A DNA stretch of 64,000 nucleotides from Pseudomonadota bacterium (GCA_039193195.1 JBCCWS010000001.1:69338-133337); one strand, 5' to 3'; positions 38,519 to 46,964 are shown, counted from the first letter of the stretch. Notes: generated from the letters alone by a model not told the origin. A program made the numbers and translations.

Positions 38519-40982
38519 GTCGCTCCTCCACAGGTTCCAGACCGCCGGCAACATCGGCTGCAGACAGGGTTGCCCCCGCCCGTTGTAGTCCTCGGTAGAG
38601 GGTTTGCGCGTGACGGTAGTAGGGGCAGCCATCGGCCGCCACCCCGTCGGCCGCTGCAATGTCACCGAAATCGGTCAGGGCGATCGCCTGGTCGCGGATC
38701 AGCGCGTCGTTTTCCTCCTCATCCTCCGCCAGCTTGCGGAACGTGGCTACGGCGGTGTCGATGCTGCTGCGCGCCTCCTTATGTCGCTCGAGACCGGAAA
38801 GCGCCTTGGCGACCTGTTGGTGGGTGAGGCCTAGGTTGCGTCGGTTCTGCGCATCGCCCGGCTCCGCGATGACGAGCGTCTGGGCTGCCGTGCGGCTAGC
38901 GATGCCGTAGCGCAGCGCCTCGTCGAATTGCTCGAGGGAGGCGTGCAAGTTGCCTAAGTTGTGATTGAAGCGGATCAGTTGCACTAGGAACTGAACGTTC
39001 TCCGGCTCCTCGGCGGCGCGTTCCTCGTAGAAATGTAGGGCCTCGAGGTAGTCAGGGATCGCGGCTTGAGCGTTGCCTGCGTCGGCGTAGGTCTCCCCGC
39101 GCAGGCCGTAGGCGTAGGCGCGCTTGCCAGCCCAGTTGCGCAAGTTCTCCCGCCAGTCGGATTGCTCCAGCTGAGGCAAGTACTCGCCAAGCAACCCTAG
39201 TGCGTCGTCGAAGTTGCGCGCCCATACGAGCACCTTCACCAGGTCGATGCGAAGGTTCCAGCGTCGACTCTGGAGCGTCCAGTCCGCGTCGCCCAGCCGT
39301 GCTAGGGTGCGATCGGCCAGGGTCAGGCCTTCGCGCGCATGTGCCTGCGCCACGTCGGTATCCATGTCGTAGTGGAGCGTGTGGTTGGTGGCGAGCCGCT
39401 TGACCCAAACCATCTCTGCCACCGCTTGGGCGTTGTTGGGTTCGAGCGTAATCAGCTTCTCGAGGGCCAGCTCTGCCTTCTCCAGTTGCTCCAAGCCCTT
39501 CTGGTTCTGTCCTAGGCTGGAGACCCCGAGCCCAGCGAATACATCGTATAGGCGAGAGTAGTTCGAGCCAATGTCCAGCAGTAGATCCGGTGGTGCGGAA
39601 GGGTCGGCTGCGAGCTCATCTAGGAAGCGCTCACCTGTAGCGGCAAGCTGCTCCCGGGCCGGGAGCGTGCCCTGCACATGGGACATGCGATCGTACACGT
39701 CGTACAGCACCTCGCGAGCTAGCTGCCGCGCCTGGCCGAAGCGCGCTTCGGCTCGTTGCTGTGCTTCGGTGGCTGCTTGGTATTGCACTAGGGTGACGGC
39801 GTAGGCCACGGCGAGCGCCGTGCCCGCAAGCACAGCGCTGGCCACTGCTAGGCGTCGGCGGCGAATGAACTTTCCCAACCGATAGGTAAGCGAATCACCC
39901 TTGGCGTGCACCGGGAACCCACTGAGGTAGCGGCGAAGATCATCAGCGAAGGCGGCGACGGAGGGGTAGCGCCTGCTAGGTTCCTTCGCCATCGCCTTTA
40001 GCACGATGGCGTCGAGATCACCACGTAGGCGTCCCCAGTCGGGCAGATCGCGCCGGCGTGCCCGCTGGCTAGGGGCATCTGGGCGCCGCTGGGTAATCAC
40101 CTGCTCGTACTGTGCTGGCGAGAGGCTCTCGGTCTCGAAGGGGCGTTCGCCCGTCAGCATTTGGTAGAGAGCAACCCCCAGCGAGTAGACATCCGTGGCG
40201 GTGGTAAGGGGCTCGCCGCTGACCTGTTCGGGGCTTGCGTAGGCGGGCGTCAAGAGCATGGCCACCGTCTCCTCGCCAGTTTCCTTCGGCAGCAGTGAAC
40301 GTGCGATACCGAAGTCTAGGAGTTTAGGTTCGCCGCCCGCGCTCACCAGCACGTTGCTCGGCTTGATGTCGCGGTGGATCACCAGTGCTCGGTGGGCGTG
40401 TTCGACGGCCGAGCAGACTTTCAGGAACAGCTCGATGCGCTCTGGGATGCTCGAGGGATGAGCGCGCAGGTAGACATCGAGGGGATCGCCGTCGATGTAC
40501 TCCATTACCACGAAGGGCAAGCCATCTTCGGTGGTGCCACCGTCGAGGAGAATGGCGATTCCCGGATGGCGCATGTCCGAGAGAATTTGGCGCTCGCGCT
40601 CGAACTGAGCGACGGCCCGGCTGCCGATGGCGGAAGCGCGGATCACCTTGACGGCCACCTTGGCGTCGAAGGCACCGTCGTCGCGCTGGGCGAGGTACAC
40701 CTGACCCATTCCACCTTCGCCGATGAGCTCGAGCACTCGATAGGGGCCGATGCGCTTGCCCGTGAGCTGTTGCTCGGCGCAGCGCACCATCAGTGTGATC
40801 TCCTCCTCCCCCATACCGGTCTCCTGAGCGGCGGCGCTGATCAGGCGATCGGCGCGTGAGCGCAGGAGTGCCGGGCAGTGCGCATCTAGCCAGTTGCCGC
40901 GTCGGGCCTCTGGAACATCGAGGGCGCTCTCCACCAACCTCAGCAGTTGTTTTCCCGTGTCATGGGAGTCGGGTTTTGTCAT
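38499..40982 (-). CDS. Ser/Thr protein kinase with one TM helix and a long TPR-repeat C-terminal region
   Basis: GEGGMGQVYLA glycine loop, VAVKVI, HRDIKPSNVL catalytic loop, DFGIA, PAYASPEQ. TM LAVASAVLAGTALAVAYAV. TPR-like repeats to the C-terminus. Confidence 0.9.
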   Translation of the reverse strand: MTKPDSHDTGKQLLRLVESALDVPEARRGNWLDAHCPALLRSRADRLISAAAQETGMGEEEITLMVRCAEQQLTGKRIGPYRVLELIGEGGMGQVYLAQRDDGAFDAKVAVKVIRASAIGSRAVAQFERERQILSDMRHPGIAILLDGGTTEDGLPFVVMEYIDGDPLDVYLRAHPSSIPERIELFLKVCSAVEHAHRALVIHRDIKPSNVLVSAGGEPKLLDFGIARSLLPKETGEETVAMLLTPAYASPEQVSGEPLTTATDVYSLGVALYQMLTGERPFETESLSPAQYEQVITQRRPDAPSQRARRRDLPDWGRLRGDLDAIVLKAMAKEPSRRYPSVAAFADDLRRYLSGFPVHAKGDSLTYRLGKFIRRRRLAVASAVLAGTALAVAYAVTLVQYQAATEAQQRAEARFGQARQLAREVLYDVYDRMSHVQGTLPAREQLAATGERFLDELAADPSAPPDLLLDIGSNYSRLYDVFAGLGVSSLGQNQKGLEQLEKAELALEKLITLEPNNAQAVAEMVWVKRLATNHTLHYDMDTDVAQAHAREGLTLADRTLARLGDADWTLQSRRWNLRIDLVKVLVWARNFDDALGLLGEYLPQLEQSDWRENLRNWAGKRAYAYGLRGETYADAGNAQAAIPDYLEALHFYEERAAEEPENVQFLVQLIRFNHNLGNLHASLEQFDEALRYGIASRTAAQTLVIAEPGDAQNRRNLGLTHQQVAKALSGLERHKEARSSIDTAVATFRKLAEDEEENDALIRDQAIALTDFGDIAAADGVAADGCPYYRHAQTLYRGLQRAGATLSAADVAGGLEPVEERLNQYCR

Positions 40983-41064
40983 CGTTGATCTACTTCTGCA
41001 AGACTGCTTGTAAGGTCGGCGCTGGTTTGCGACAGGCAGTCATTGGAAAAGAGCTTCACAGGCC
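40983..41064. promoter_or_regulatory. Divergent promoter region between the STK and ECF sigma genes
   Basis: 82-bp, relatively AT-richer spacer between divergent starts. I could not identify specific -35/-10 elements with confidence. Confidence 0.4.
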
Positions 41065-41619
41065 ATGAGTGACATCACCCAAGTGCTCCAGAACTGGTCG
41101 CAGGAGTCGTCGGAGGAGCGTGGTCGCGTGGTGGCGGCCATGTACGATGAGCTGCGGCGAAACGCCGTATCCCATCTGCGCAACGAGCGCCACGGAGATC
41201 TGCAACCCACTTCGTTGGTCAACGAAGCATTCATGCGGCTAATCAACATAACGCGCATCGACCTGAAGGGGCGAAACCACTTCCTAGGCCTCGCCGGGCG
41301 GATCATGCGCGAGATTCTGGTAGACGAAGCTCGCAAGCTGCGTGCCGCCAAGCGCGACCATGGCCTGCAGACCCGCTTCACGGGCGAGCACATGGGCGGC
41401 GACATGCCGGTGAGCGACTTGCTCGAACTTGATGAGCTGCTCAACGGGTTGGAGGCGATCGACCCCGTCTATGTGAAGCTCTTCGAAGCTCGCGCCTTCG
41501 CCGGCATGACGATCGAAGAAGCAGCCGAGGTGCTGGAGATGTCCCCGGCCACGGTGAAGCGCAAGTGGAAGGTCGCCATGGCCTGGGTGCGCGAACATAT
41601 GGGCGAGCCTACTGAATGA
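41065..41619 (+). CDS. ECF sigma factor of the TIGR02999 / ECF43-like (kinase-associated) type
   Basis: N-terminus MSDITQVLQNW..., YDELRRNAVSHL, LQPTSLVNEAFMRL (region 2), and region 4 FAGMTIEEAAEVLEMSPATVKRKWKVAMAWV. Divergent STK neighbour, with no anti-sigma gene adjacent. Confidence 0.9.
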   Translation: MSDITQVLQNWSQESSEERGRVVAAMYDELRRNAVSHLRNERHGDLQPTSLVNEAFMRLINITRIDLKGRNHFLGLAGRIMREILVDEARKLRAAKRDHGLQTRFTGEHMGGDMPVSDLLELDELLNGLEAIDPVYVKLFEARAFAGMTIEEAAEVLEMSPATVKRKWKVAMAWVREHMGEPTE

Positions 41620-42253
41620 CGATGGCCTGCTCCCAGATCTGAGCGATCTGCGAGAAGGGGACAGGTTGCGTGTAGTACGCCATCGGATCGTTGATGATCA
41701 GCATCGGCTCCATGGTGCCAAAGGGTGTCGGCATCCACGCCATACCGCGCAACACCACCACGTGCCCGGAGAACGGTGAGCTTTTTACGGCCATGATGAT
41801 CGCCTTACCCGCCGCAAGCGTCTGATACAGAGTCATCGGATCCGTAGGGTGTTGCACCGAGGAGTGCCTGCCGCCGTACTCGGCGATCAGGCCCTGAATC
41901 TGAGGTAGCTGTCCGGTGACCGTGCAGTTGGCTGGATTGGCGCAGCAGGTGTTGGGGTGCTGGCCGTAGGCGCGGGCCACTAAGGCGCACTGGGGCGGCG
42001 TCGCCTGGGGACCGTGCGTGGCCAGGATGATCTGCTGTGCCACCGCCGCCCAGCACCAGACTTGAGTCTCCTGCGGGATGTTCTGGATCGGCAGGTCAAC
42101 GGGGGGCGGAGGCTGCTGCGCTTGAGTCGGCCCCCAGCCCGGCGTGTGGCCAGGCTGGGAGTAGGGGGGTTGCGCCAGGGTGAGGCTGCTCGCTAGCAGT
42201 AGCACAAGGGCGGTGCAACGCGCGATGCTGCGCACGGCCGTGGTGCCCGTCAT
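41609..42253 (-). CDS. Secreted papain-fold cysteine peptidase (C39-like / C70 AvrRpt2-like)
   Basis: Signal peptide CTALVLLLASSLTLA. Q....WCWAAVAQQI candidate nucleophile context and downstream SGHVVVLRG candidate His. Start set at M9 (42253). Confidence 0.6.
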   Translation of the reverse strand: MTGTTAVRSIARCTALVLLLASSLTLAQPPYSQPGHTPGWGPTQAQQPPPPVDLPIQNIPQETQVWCWAAVAQQIILATHGPQATPPQCALVARAYGQHPNTCCANPANCTVTGQLPQIQGLIAEYGGRHSSVQHPTDPMTLYQTLAAGKAIIMAVKSSPFSGHVVVLRGMAWMPTPFGTMEPMLIINDPMAYYTQPVPFSQIAQIWEQAIVIQ

Positions 42254-42270
42254 CACACGGTGATGGCAGC

Positions 42271-42810
42271 TCACCACTCCCCGTCCGCTTCGTTACCGTC
42301 GATGACCACTTCAACGGCCTGATTCCAGCCCGTGTTCGGGCCCTGCGGGCCGTAGCCAGGTGCCTGGGGCCCGTAGCCCGGCGTCTGGGGTCCGTACCCG
42401 GGCGCCTGCGGACCTTGCGGGCCGTAGCCCGGCGTTTGGGGCCCGTAGCCCGGGGCGTGAGGGCCTTGCGGGCCGTAGCCTGGAGTCTGAGGCCCGTAGC
42501 CGGGTCCTTGCGGGCCGTACCCAGGACCTTGAGGGCCATAGGGAGCGGGCTGCGGGCCGGCGGGACCATAGCCTGGCCCGTTGCTAGGCACGGCGGCGCA
42601 GCCGCCGTTGCTGCCCGGTCCCGCCGTGGGGAGCATGCCCGGTGGGCACTGAGAGTAGGCCTGCTGGTTGCCCCAGGGCTGATTGGCGTACGGATCGCCG
42701 AGCATCCCCTGCTGCTCCGCCCAAAAGTATCCGCCCATACCCACCGCGATGGCGGCGATGAGGACGATTCGCTGTTGGCCGGTGAGTGTCTTTAGCTTAT
42801 TTAGGTCCAT
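42271..42810 (-). CDS. N-terminally membrane-anchored low-complexity protein with about 11 tandem PGYGPQ repeats
   Basis: TM IVLIAAIAVGMGGYFWA. Repeats (G/A/T)PGYGPQ span aa 77-160 (nt 42331-42582). Confidence 0.6.
   Translation of the reverse strand: MDLNKLKTLTGQQRIVLIAAIAVGMGGYFWAEQQGMLGDPYANQPWGNQQAYSQCPPGMLPTAGPGSNGGCAAVPSNGPGYGPAGPQPAPYGPQGPGYGPQGPGYGPQTPGYGPQGPHAPGYGPQTPGYGPQGPQAPGYGPQTPGYGPQAPGYGPQGPNTGWNQAVEVVIDGNEADGEW
42331..42582 (-). repeat. Coding tandem repeat (degenerate 18-27-nt units, core GGGCCGTAGCCNGG on the plus strand) encoding PGYGPQ units
   Basis: Repeated core seen directly about 11 times on the plus strand. Confidence 0.8.
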
Positions 42811-42883
42811 TGTTTTCGCTCCGGTGTGATGCCCGTTTCCCTAGGCGCACGAGGGGCGCCGATCGGCTCATGGGCAGATCGCG

Positions 42884-43297
42884 TTAGAGGTTGCCCTGGT
42901 AGTAATCCGGGTCGGGGTTCACGTAGCCAGGCTGCGGATACATGGCGCTGTCCATGCCTGGCGATAGGGCGGGGTAGGCGCCGGACTGCCCCGTCGGGCC
43001 GGGATAGCCGGGTTGGGGATAGCCGTTCGCTGGGTAACCCTGCTGGGGGTAGCCCGGCTGTGGGTAGTAGGCGGCGCCGGGGCCCTGCTGCATCAGGCCG
43101 TTCATTTGCTGCATCTCGAGCATCATCTGCTGCTGCTGCTGTTCGAGTTGCTGCTGCATCCAGGTTGCGGACTCCTGGGCCTGCTGCTGCATGGCCGCGT
43201 TCTGCGCCGCCACGCTGAGGGGGCCGGCCAGCTTGGCCAAGACGATCAGGCCGATGATGCCGAGGAGGAAGAGTTTTGGGAGGACGCTGCTGTTCAT
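42884..43297 (-). CDS. Signal/anchor-bearing low-complexity protein: Gln-rich coiled segment followed by a (Q)PGYP Tyr/Pro/Gly-rich tail
   Basis: ATG 43297. LFLLGIIGLIVLAKLAG, then MQQQAQESATWMQQQLEQQQQQMMLEMQQMNGLMQQ, then YYPQPGYPQQGYPANGYPQPGYPGP. Confidence 0.55.
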   Translation of the reverse strand: MNSSVLPKLFLLGIIGLIVLAKLAGPLSVAAQNAAMQQQAQESATWMQQQLEQQQQQMMLEMQQMNGLMQQGPGAAYYPQPGYPQQGYPANGYPQPGYPGPTGQSGAYPALSPGMDSAMYPQPGYVNPDPDYYQGNL

Positions 43298-43453
43298 GGC
43301 CTGGTGGCTCCGGTGGTCTGGGGGCTGTATCGGTCTAGGCGCGAGCGCGGGGGATTTCGGCTCACGCAGCGTGTGGCGATGGTGCGTGAGCTGATTCGCG
43401 CCTGCTCCGCGCCTAAGGGAGCAACCCATCCCCAAGAACGAGCGGAGCCGATC

Positions 43454-44299
43454 ATGACTGCCACCGAACCCACCATCGCCTGTCCCAAGTGCGCAAACCC
43501 AAATCCGCTCGGCGCCAAGTTCTGCAGCAGCTGCCGGGCTCCCCTGGGCGTCGCCACTGCGCCTCCGGGCCCTGCCGCCGCGCCGCCCCCGCGTCCCGCC
43601 GCGGGCCTCGCCGGCATGGTGGGTGCGGGCGCCGGCAAGAGTGAGACTCGCCAGCTACAGGCGGACGCGGCATCCGTCTTCGAGCACCTCTCCAACGGCC
43701 TGCGCAACCGCGGCGGCCAGGTGCAGCAGGAGATGCCGATGCAGTTGAATATCAAAGTGCCTTACAAGAGCTTCTGGCTCACGTTGGGCGCGGTGATCCA
43801 GGTCGATACCGCCATGCAGGTGGTGCCGACAGCGGCCGGCCAATGTCAGGCCACGCTCACCACCAAGACCGATGGCAGCAGTTTGAACAACGTGTGGACG
43901 TGGTTCGCCGTGTCTTTCACGATCCTGCTCTTCTTGAACCTCTACATCTTCCCTATCATCATTCTGCTGGGAGCGGTCAGCGCCTTCTTCAACCACCGCC
44001 AGCTCAACAGCCAGCCTGGCGCAAAGATCACCGAAGAGCTCTTCGCCGATCTCAACAACAACCTATCGTCCTTGACAGCCAGTGCGGATCAAGCCACTCA
44101 ACCCGCGCCTGGACCTAGCCTCCAACCAGAGCCGCAACCCGCGCCACAGGCCAGCAACTGCGCAAGCGAAGAGAAGCAGGGACTCGAGCAGGAAGAGGTC
44201 TTTGACCGCTTGGCTAAGCTCGCCAAGCTGCGCGAGATGGGCGCGGTGACGGAGGAGGAGTTCGACGCCAAGAAGGCTGAACTTCTCAAGCGCATCTAG
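43454..44299 (+). CDS. Zinc-ribbon / TM / SHOCT-domain protein
   Basis: N-terminal CPKCANPNPLGAKFCSSC. TM region VWTWFAVSFTILLFLNLYIFPIIILLGAVSAFF. C-terminal SHOCT-like EEVFDRLAKLAKLREMGAVTEEEFDAKKAELLKRI. The track's N-terminal extension is antisense to the previous gene. Confidence 0.65.
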   Translation: MTATEPTIACPKCANPNPLGAKFCSSCRAPLGVATAPPGPAAAPPPRPAAGLAGMVGAGAGKSETRQLQADAASVFEHLSNGLRNRGGQVQQEMPMQLNIKVPYKSFWLTLGAVIQVDTAMQVVPTAAGQCQATLTTKTDGSSLNNVWTWFAVSFTILLFLNLYIFPIIILLGAVSAFFNHRQLNSQPGAKITEELFADLNNNLSSLTASADQATQPAPGPSLQPEPQPAPQASNCASEEKQGLEQEEVFDRLAKLAKLREMGAVTEEEFDAKKAELLKRI

Positions 44300-45798
44300 T
44301 GGCGAGCGAAGCGGTCGCGCAGTACTGCGTCGCCTGCGGTCATACCCTGCAGGTCGGCGCCAGCTTTTGCACCGAGTGCGGGCACGAGATCGGCAAGGTG
44401 CCGGCGGCAACCGGCAGTTGGCAGGCGCCGCAGATGCTCGGCGGCACCTGCACGACCTGCGGCGGCGACGGCTCCCTGCTCGAGGCAAGCCAGGTCTACT
44501 GCCCAAGCTGCCGCTGGCTGCGCCCCCTAGGCGAGGACTACTTCGTCGACCTCGACGCCTTCATTTGGCAAATGGACGCTCAGGCCATGCAGGCGCTCAA
44601 CAGCACGGGCGCCGTTGCGAGCGCAGCGCACTCCATCGCCGAGCGCTACGGTCGTCCGGTCTTCGAGGCGGCGACCAATGGTATACGCCTCTCCGAGCGG
44701 CAAATGCCAGAGATCTTCGACATTGCGATCCGCGCGGCGCGTTTGCTGTCGCTATCGCACATGCCGGAGGTGTACATCTCCGGCCAGCGCATGTGGGACG
44801 TCTACTCGCTCGGGGGCTTCAGCGGCAGCTTCGTCTCGATAGGCAGCGTCTTGATTAACTTCAAGCCGAAGGACCTGTTGTTCCTGATCGCCCGGGAGAT
44901 GGGCCACGTGCGGGCGGGCCACGTGTACTGGTCCACCGCGATGCAGTTTCTCATGGGGCAGTCCAAGGGCCAGGGGACGATCCTTGGGGAGGGTGTGTTT
45001 CAGTTCTTAAACCCCACCAAGATCATCGAGTCTGCGATAGAAGCGCCGATGATGCGCTGGGCCCGTCACTCGCAGATCACGGCGGATCGTGCCGCGGCGC
45101 TGGTGACTGGGGACATCGACACGGCACGCCGGGTGTTGACCCAATGGGCCATGAAGTCCTTCCCGGTCGCGGGCAAGATGAATCTCGACGCCTGGCTTGA
45201 GCAGGAAGCGGCGGCCGACGATCCCTACCTCAAGCTGTCCGAGTGGACGATGTCCACCGAGCCCTATCTGGCGCCACGGTTGAAGTCCCTGAACGCGTTC
45301 GTGCACTCGCAGGCCTTCCTCGAGTGGTTCGCGTACATCCAACACTGGAGCGAGCAAGCAGGCCTTCCCTCGTTTGACGATGGTGCCGCGAAGAAAGCCA
45401 AGCGCGCTAAGCCCGCGCCATCGCCGCCGCCGAACACGGAGAGGATCGAGTGTCGGGCCTGCGGTGAGGCCATGCGCGTGCCCACCCACATCCTGGAGGG
45501 CGACAAGCCCGTCAACGTGCGCTGCCCGAACAAGGCCTGTCGCAAGGTACTGCGGGTCAAGCCGAGGAAGAGGCGGACGGCGAGCGAGGAGTCCCCACGA
45601 ACCCGTCGTGCGCGCGAAAAGGTCAAGCTCAACTGCGCTGCCTGTGGGGAGGCGATGATGGTGAACCGGGCGGATCTGGCGGGAGATGAACCCGTCAACG
45701 TGCGCTGCCCGAACGCCGCGTGCGGCGAGATTCTCACGATCAAACCGAAGAGGCGCGATGACGCATCGACCAATCGACCGGATCTGATGGCGGACTAG
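44299..45798 (+). CDS. Double zinc-ribbon protein with an M48-like peptidase domain carrying a degenerate HExxH (REMGH) and two C-terminal zinc-ribbon repeats
   Basis: CVACGH..CTECGH and CTTCGG..CPSC. FLIAREMGHVRAGH at 44893-44907. Duplicated C(R/A)ACGEAM...PVNVRCPN(K/A)AC modules. The GTG start overlaps the upstream TAG by 1 nt. Confidence 0.65.
   Translation: MASEAVAQYCVACGHTLQVGASFCTECGHEIGKVPAATGSWQAPQMLGGTCTTCGGDGSLLEASQVYCPSCRWLRPLGEDYFVDLDAFIWQMDAQAMQALNSTGAVASAAHSIAERYGRPVFEAATNGIRLSERQMPEIFDIAIRAARLLSLSHMPEVYISGQRMWDVYSLGGFSGSFVSIGSVLINFKPKDLLFLIAREMGHVRAGHVYWSTAMQFLMGQSKGQGTILGEGVFQFLNPTKIIESAIEAPMMRWARHSQITADRAAALVTGDIDTARRVLTQWAMKSFPVAGKMNLDAWLEQEAAADDPYLKLSEWTMSTEPYLAPRLKSLNAFVHSQAFLEWFAYIQHWSEQAGLPSFDDGAAKKAKRAKPAPSPPPNTERIECRACGEAMRVPTHILEGDKPVNVRCPNKACRKVLRVKPRKRRTASEESPRTRRAREKVKLNCAACGEAMMVNRADLAGDEPVNVRCPNAACGEILTIKPKRRDDASTNRPDLMAD
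45508..45714 (+). repeat. Intragenic duplication: 24-bp perfect copies (cccgtcaacgtgcgctgcccgaac) at 45508-45531 and 45691-45714, within two 61-aa-spaced zinc-ribbon modules
   Basis: Identical 24-mers read directly. The flanking protein sequence is similar but diverged. Confidence 0.85.
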
Positions 45799-45811
45799 GG
45801 GAGGCCGATCG

Positions 45812-46315
45812 ATGAGCGAAAGAGAGCCACCGCAGGAGTTTGAAGTCTACCTCGCTGAGGATGGGCATCAGGAAGTGCCGGCGGAGGGTTTCGTCCCGCA
45901 AGAGGGTGTTGTTGTGGAGCGCGCTGCCTCCGCGCGCGACAGCGTTGCCCCGAGCGCTCAGGGCGCTGCGAATTCCGCCCAGAGTCAAGCGCAGGCATTT
46001 CAGGCTGCTCAAGCCAATGCCCAGGTTCAGCAGAGCCTAGCCGAGAGTGAGGTGGCTGCGGCCGATCTGCTCGCTGAGGAGCAGGCGCGGGAGCGCGAGG
46101 AAGAGCACCGACTCGAGGTGGAGATCGCTGAGGATCAGCGCCAGGAAGCCCTCGAAGCGCAAGCCGATGCCGAGGCGGAGCGCCTGGAGGCGCAGGAGGA
46201 GCGCGCCCGAGAAGAGCAGGCGCGTGAGCGGGAGGAAGCAGAGGCCCGCGAGCGGGAAGAGCAAGAAGAGGACGAGGACGACGCGCAAGACGACGGATCG
46301 GACCTCTACGTTTGA
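45812..46315 (+). CDS. Glu/Arg/Ala/Gln-rich coiled-coil-like acidic protein (167 aa)
   Basis: SD ggggagg upstream. EEQAREREEEH / EERAREEQAREREEAEAREREEQEEDEDD low-complexity tail. 13 nt after the previous stop. Confidence 0.5.
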   Translation: MSEREPPQEFEVYLAEDGHQEVPAEGFVPQEGVVVERAASARDSVAPSAQGAANSAQSQAQAFQAAQANAQVQQSLAESEVAAADLLAEEQAREREEEHRLEVEIAEDQRQEALEAQADAEAERLEAQEERAREEQAREREEAEAREREEQEEDEDDAQDDGSDLYV

Positions 46316-46377
46316 GCCAATCCGCCGGTCGTGCACGCCTAGGCAGATAGGCACCCGAACCAACCGAGGAACGTCCC

Positions 46378-46959
46378 ATGGCCGAATTACGTTTCACTGA
46401 CATCGATCGCCCTGAACCCGGCACCGCCGAGGCCGTCGAAGCGGAGTACGAAGTCGAGCTCGCCGGTCTGAACGACAACGAGAGCGCTCAGGTAAAGGAG
46501 GCCATCAGTGAGGCCGAGTTCAACAACGAGCTCGATCAGTTGGACGTGAGCGAAGAGCTGCAGCAGGCCCAGTTTGCCGAAGAGGACCGAGCCGCCGCGG
46601 AGACCTTGCGTGAGGAGCAAGTGGAAGCCGCTGACGTTGGCAACTACGACGCGGCGCGCGAACGCGCTGAACAGGTTCGCGAAGAGCTACGCGAATCCAG
46701 CGACGAACACGGCGGGCAACTCGACGCGGCGCTGGCAGAGAACGCGCACGACGTGGAAGTGCTGAGCGAAGCGGACTTCCAGCAGGAGAACGCCGAGTTC
46801 TTCGAGAATGCGGTAGTGGATATGCCGAGTGCCGAGGGCGTCGATGGGGCCGTGGACGACGCTTGGGATGCGCAGGATGCTGCGGACGACGCGGCTGCGG
46901 ACAGCACGGATTTCGCCGACACGGGCGGCGATAGCTCTATCTACACCGACGTTAGCTAG
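46378..46959 (+). CDS. Highly acidic hypothetical protein (193 aa)
   Basis: SD gagga upstream. D/E/A-rich, with no TM. Confidence 0.5.
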   Translation: MAELRFTDIDRPEPGTAEAVEAEYEVELAGLNDNESAQVKEAISEAEFNNELDQLDVSEELQQAQFAEEDRAAAETLREEQVEAADVGNYDAARERAEQVREELRESSDEHGGQLDAALAENAHDVEVLSEADFQQENAEFFENAVVDMPSAEGVDGAVDDAWDAQDAADDAAADSTDFADTGGDSSIYTDVS

Positions 46960-46964
46960 GCCCC

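Noticed and set aside
42331-42582. Regularly spaced short DNA repeats (GGGCCGTAGCCNGG); considered as a CRISPR-like or intergenic repeat array.
   Set aside because: The repeats are in frame within an ORF that has an N-terminal TM helix, and they encode PGYGPQ units. Spacing is 18-27 nt with no unique spacers. No cas genes are present.
43127-43141. (CTG)5 triplet run, a possible slipped-strand contingency locus.
   Set aside because: It encodes part of the poly-Gln tract of the 42884-43297 protein, and slippage would stay in frame. Five units is too short to claim phase variation.
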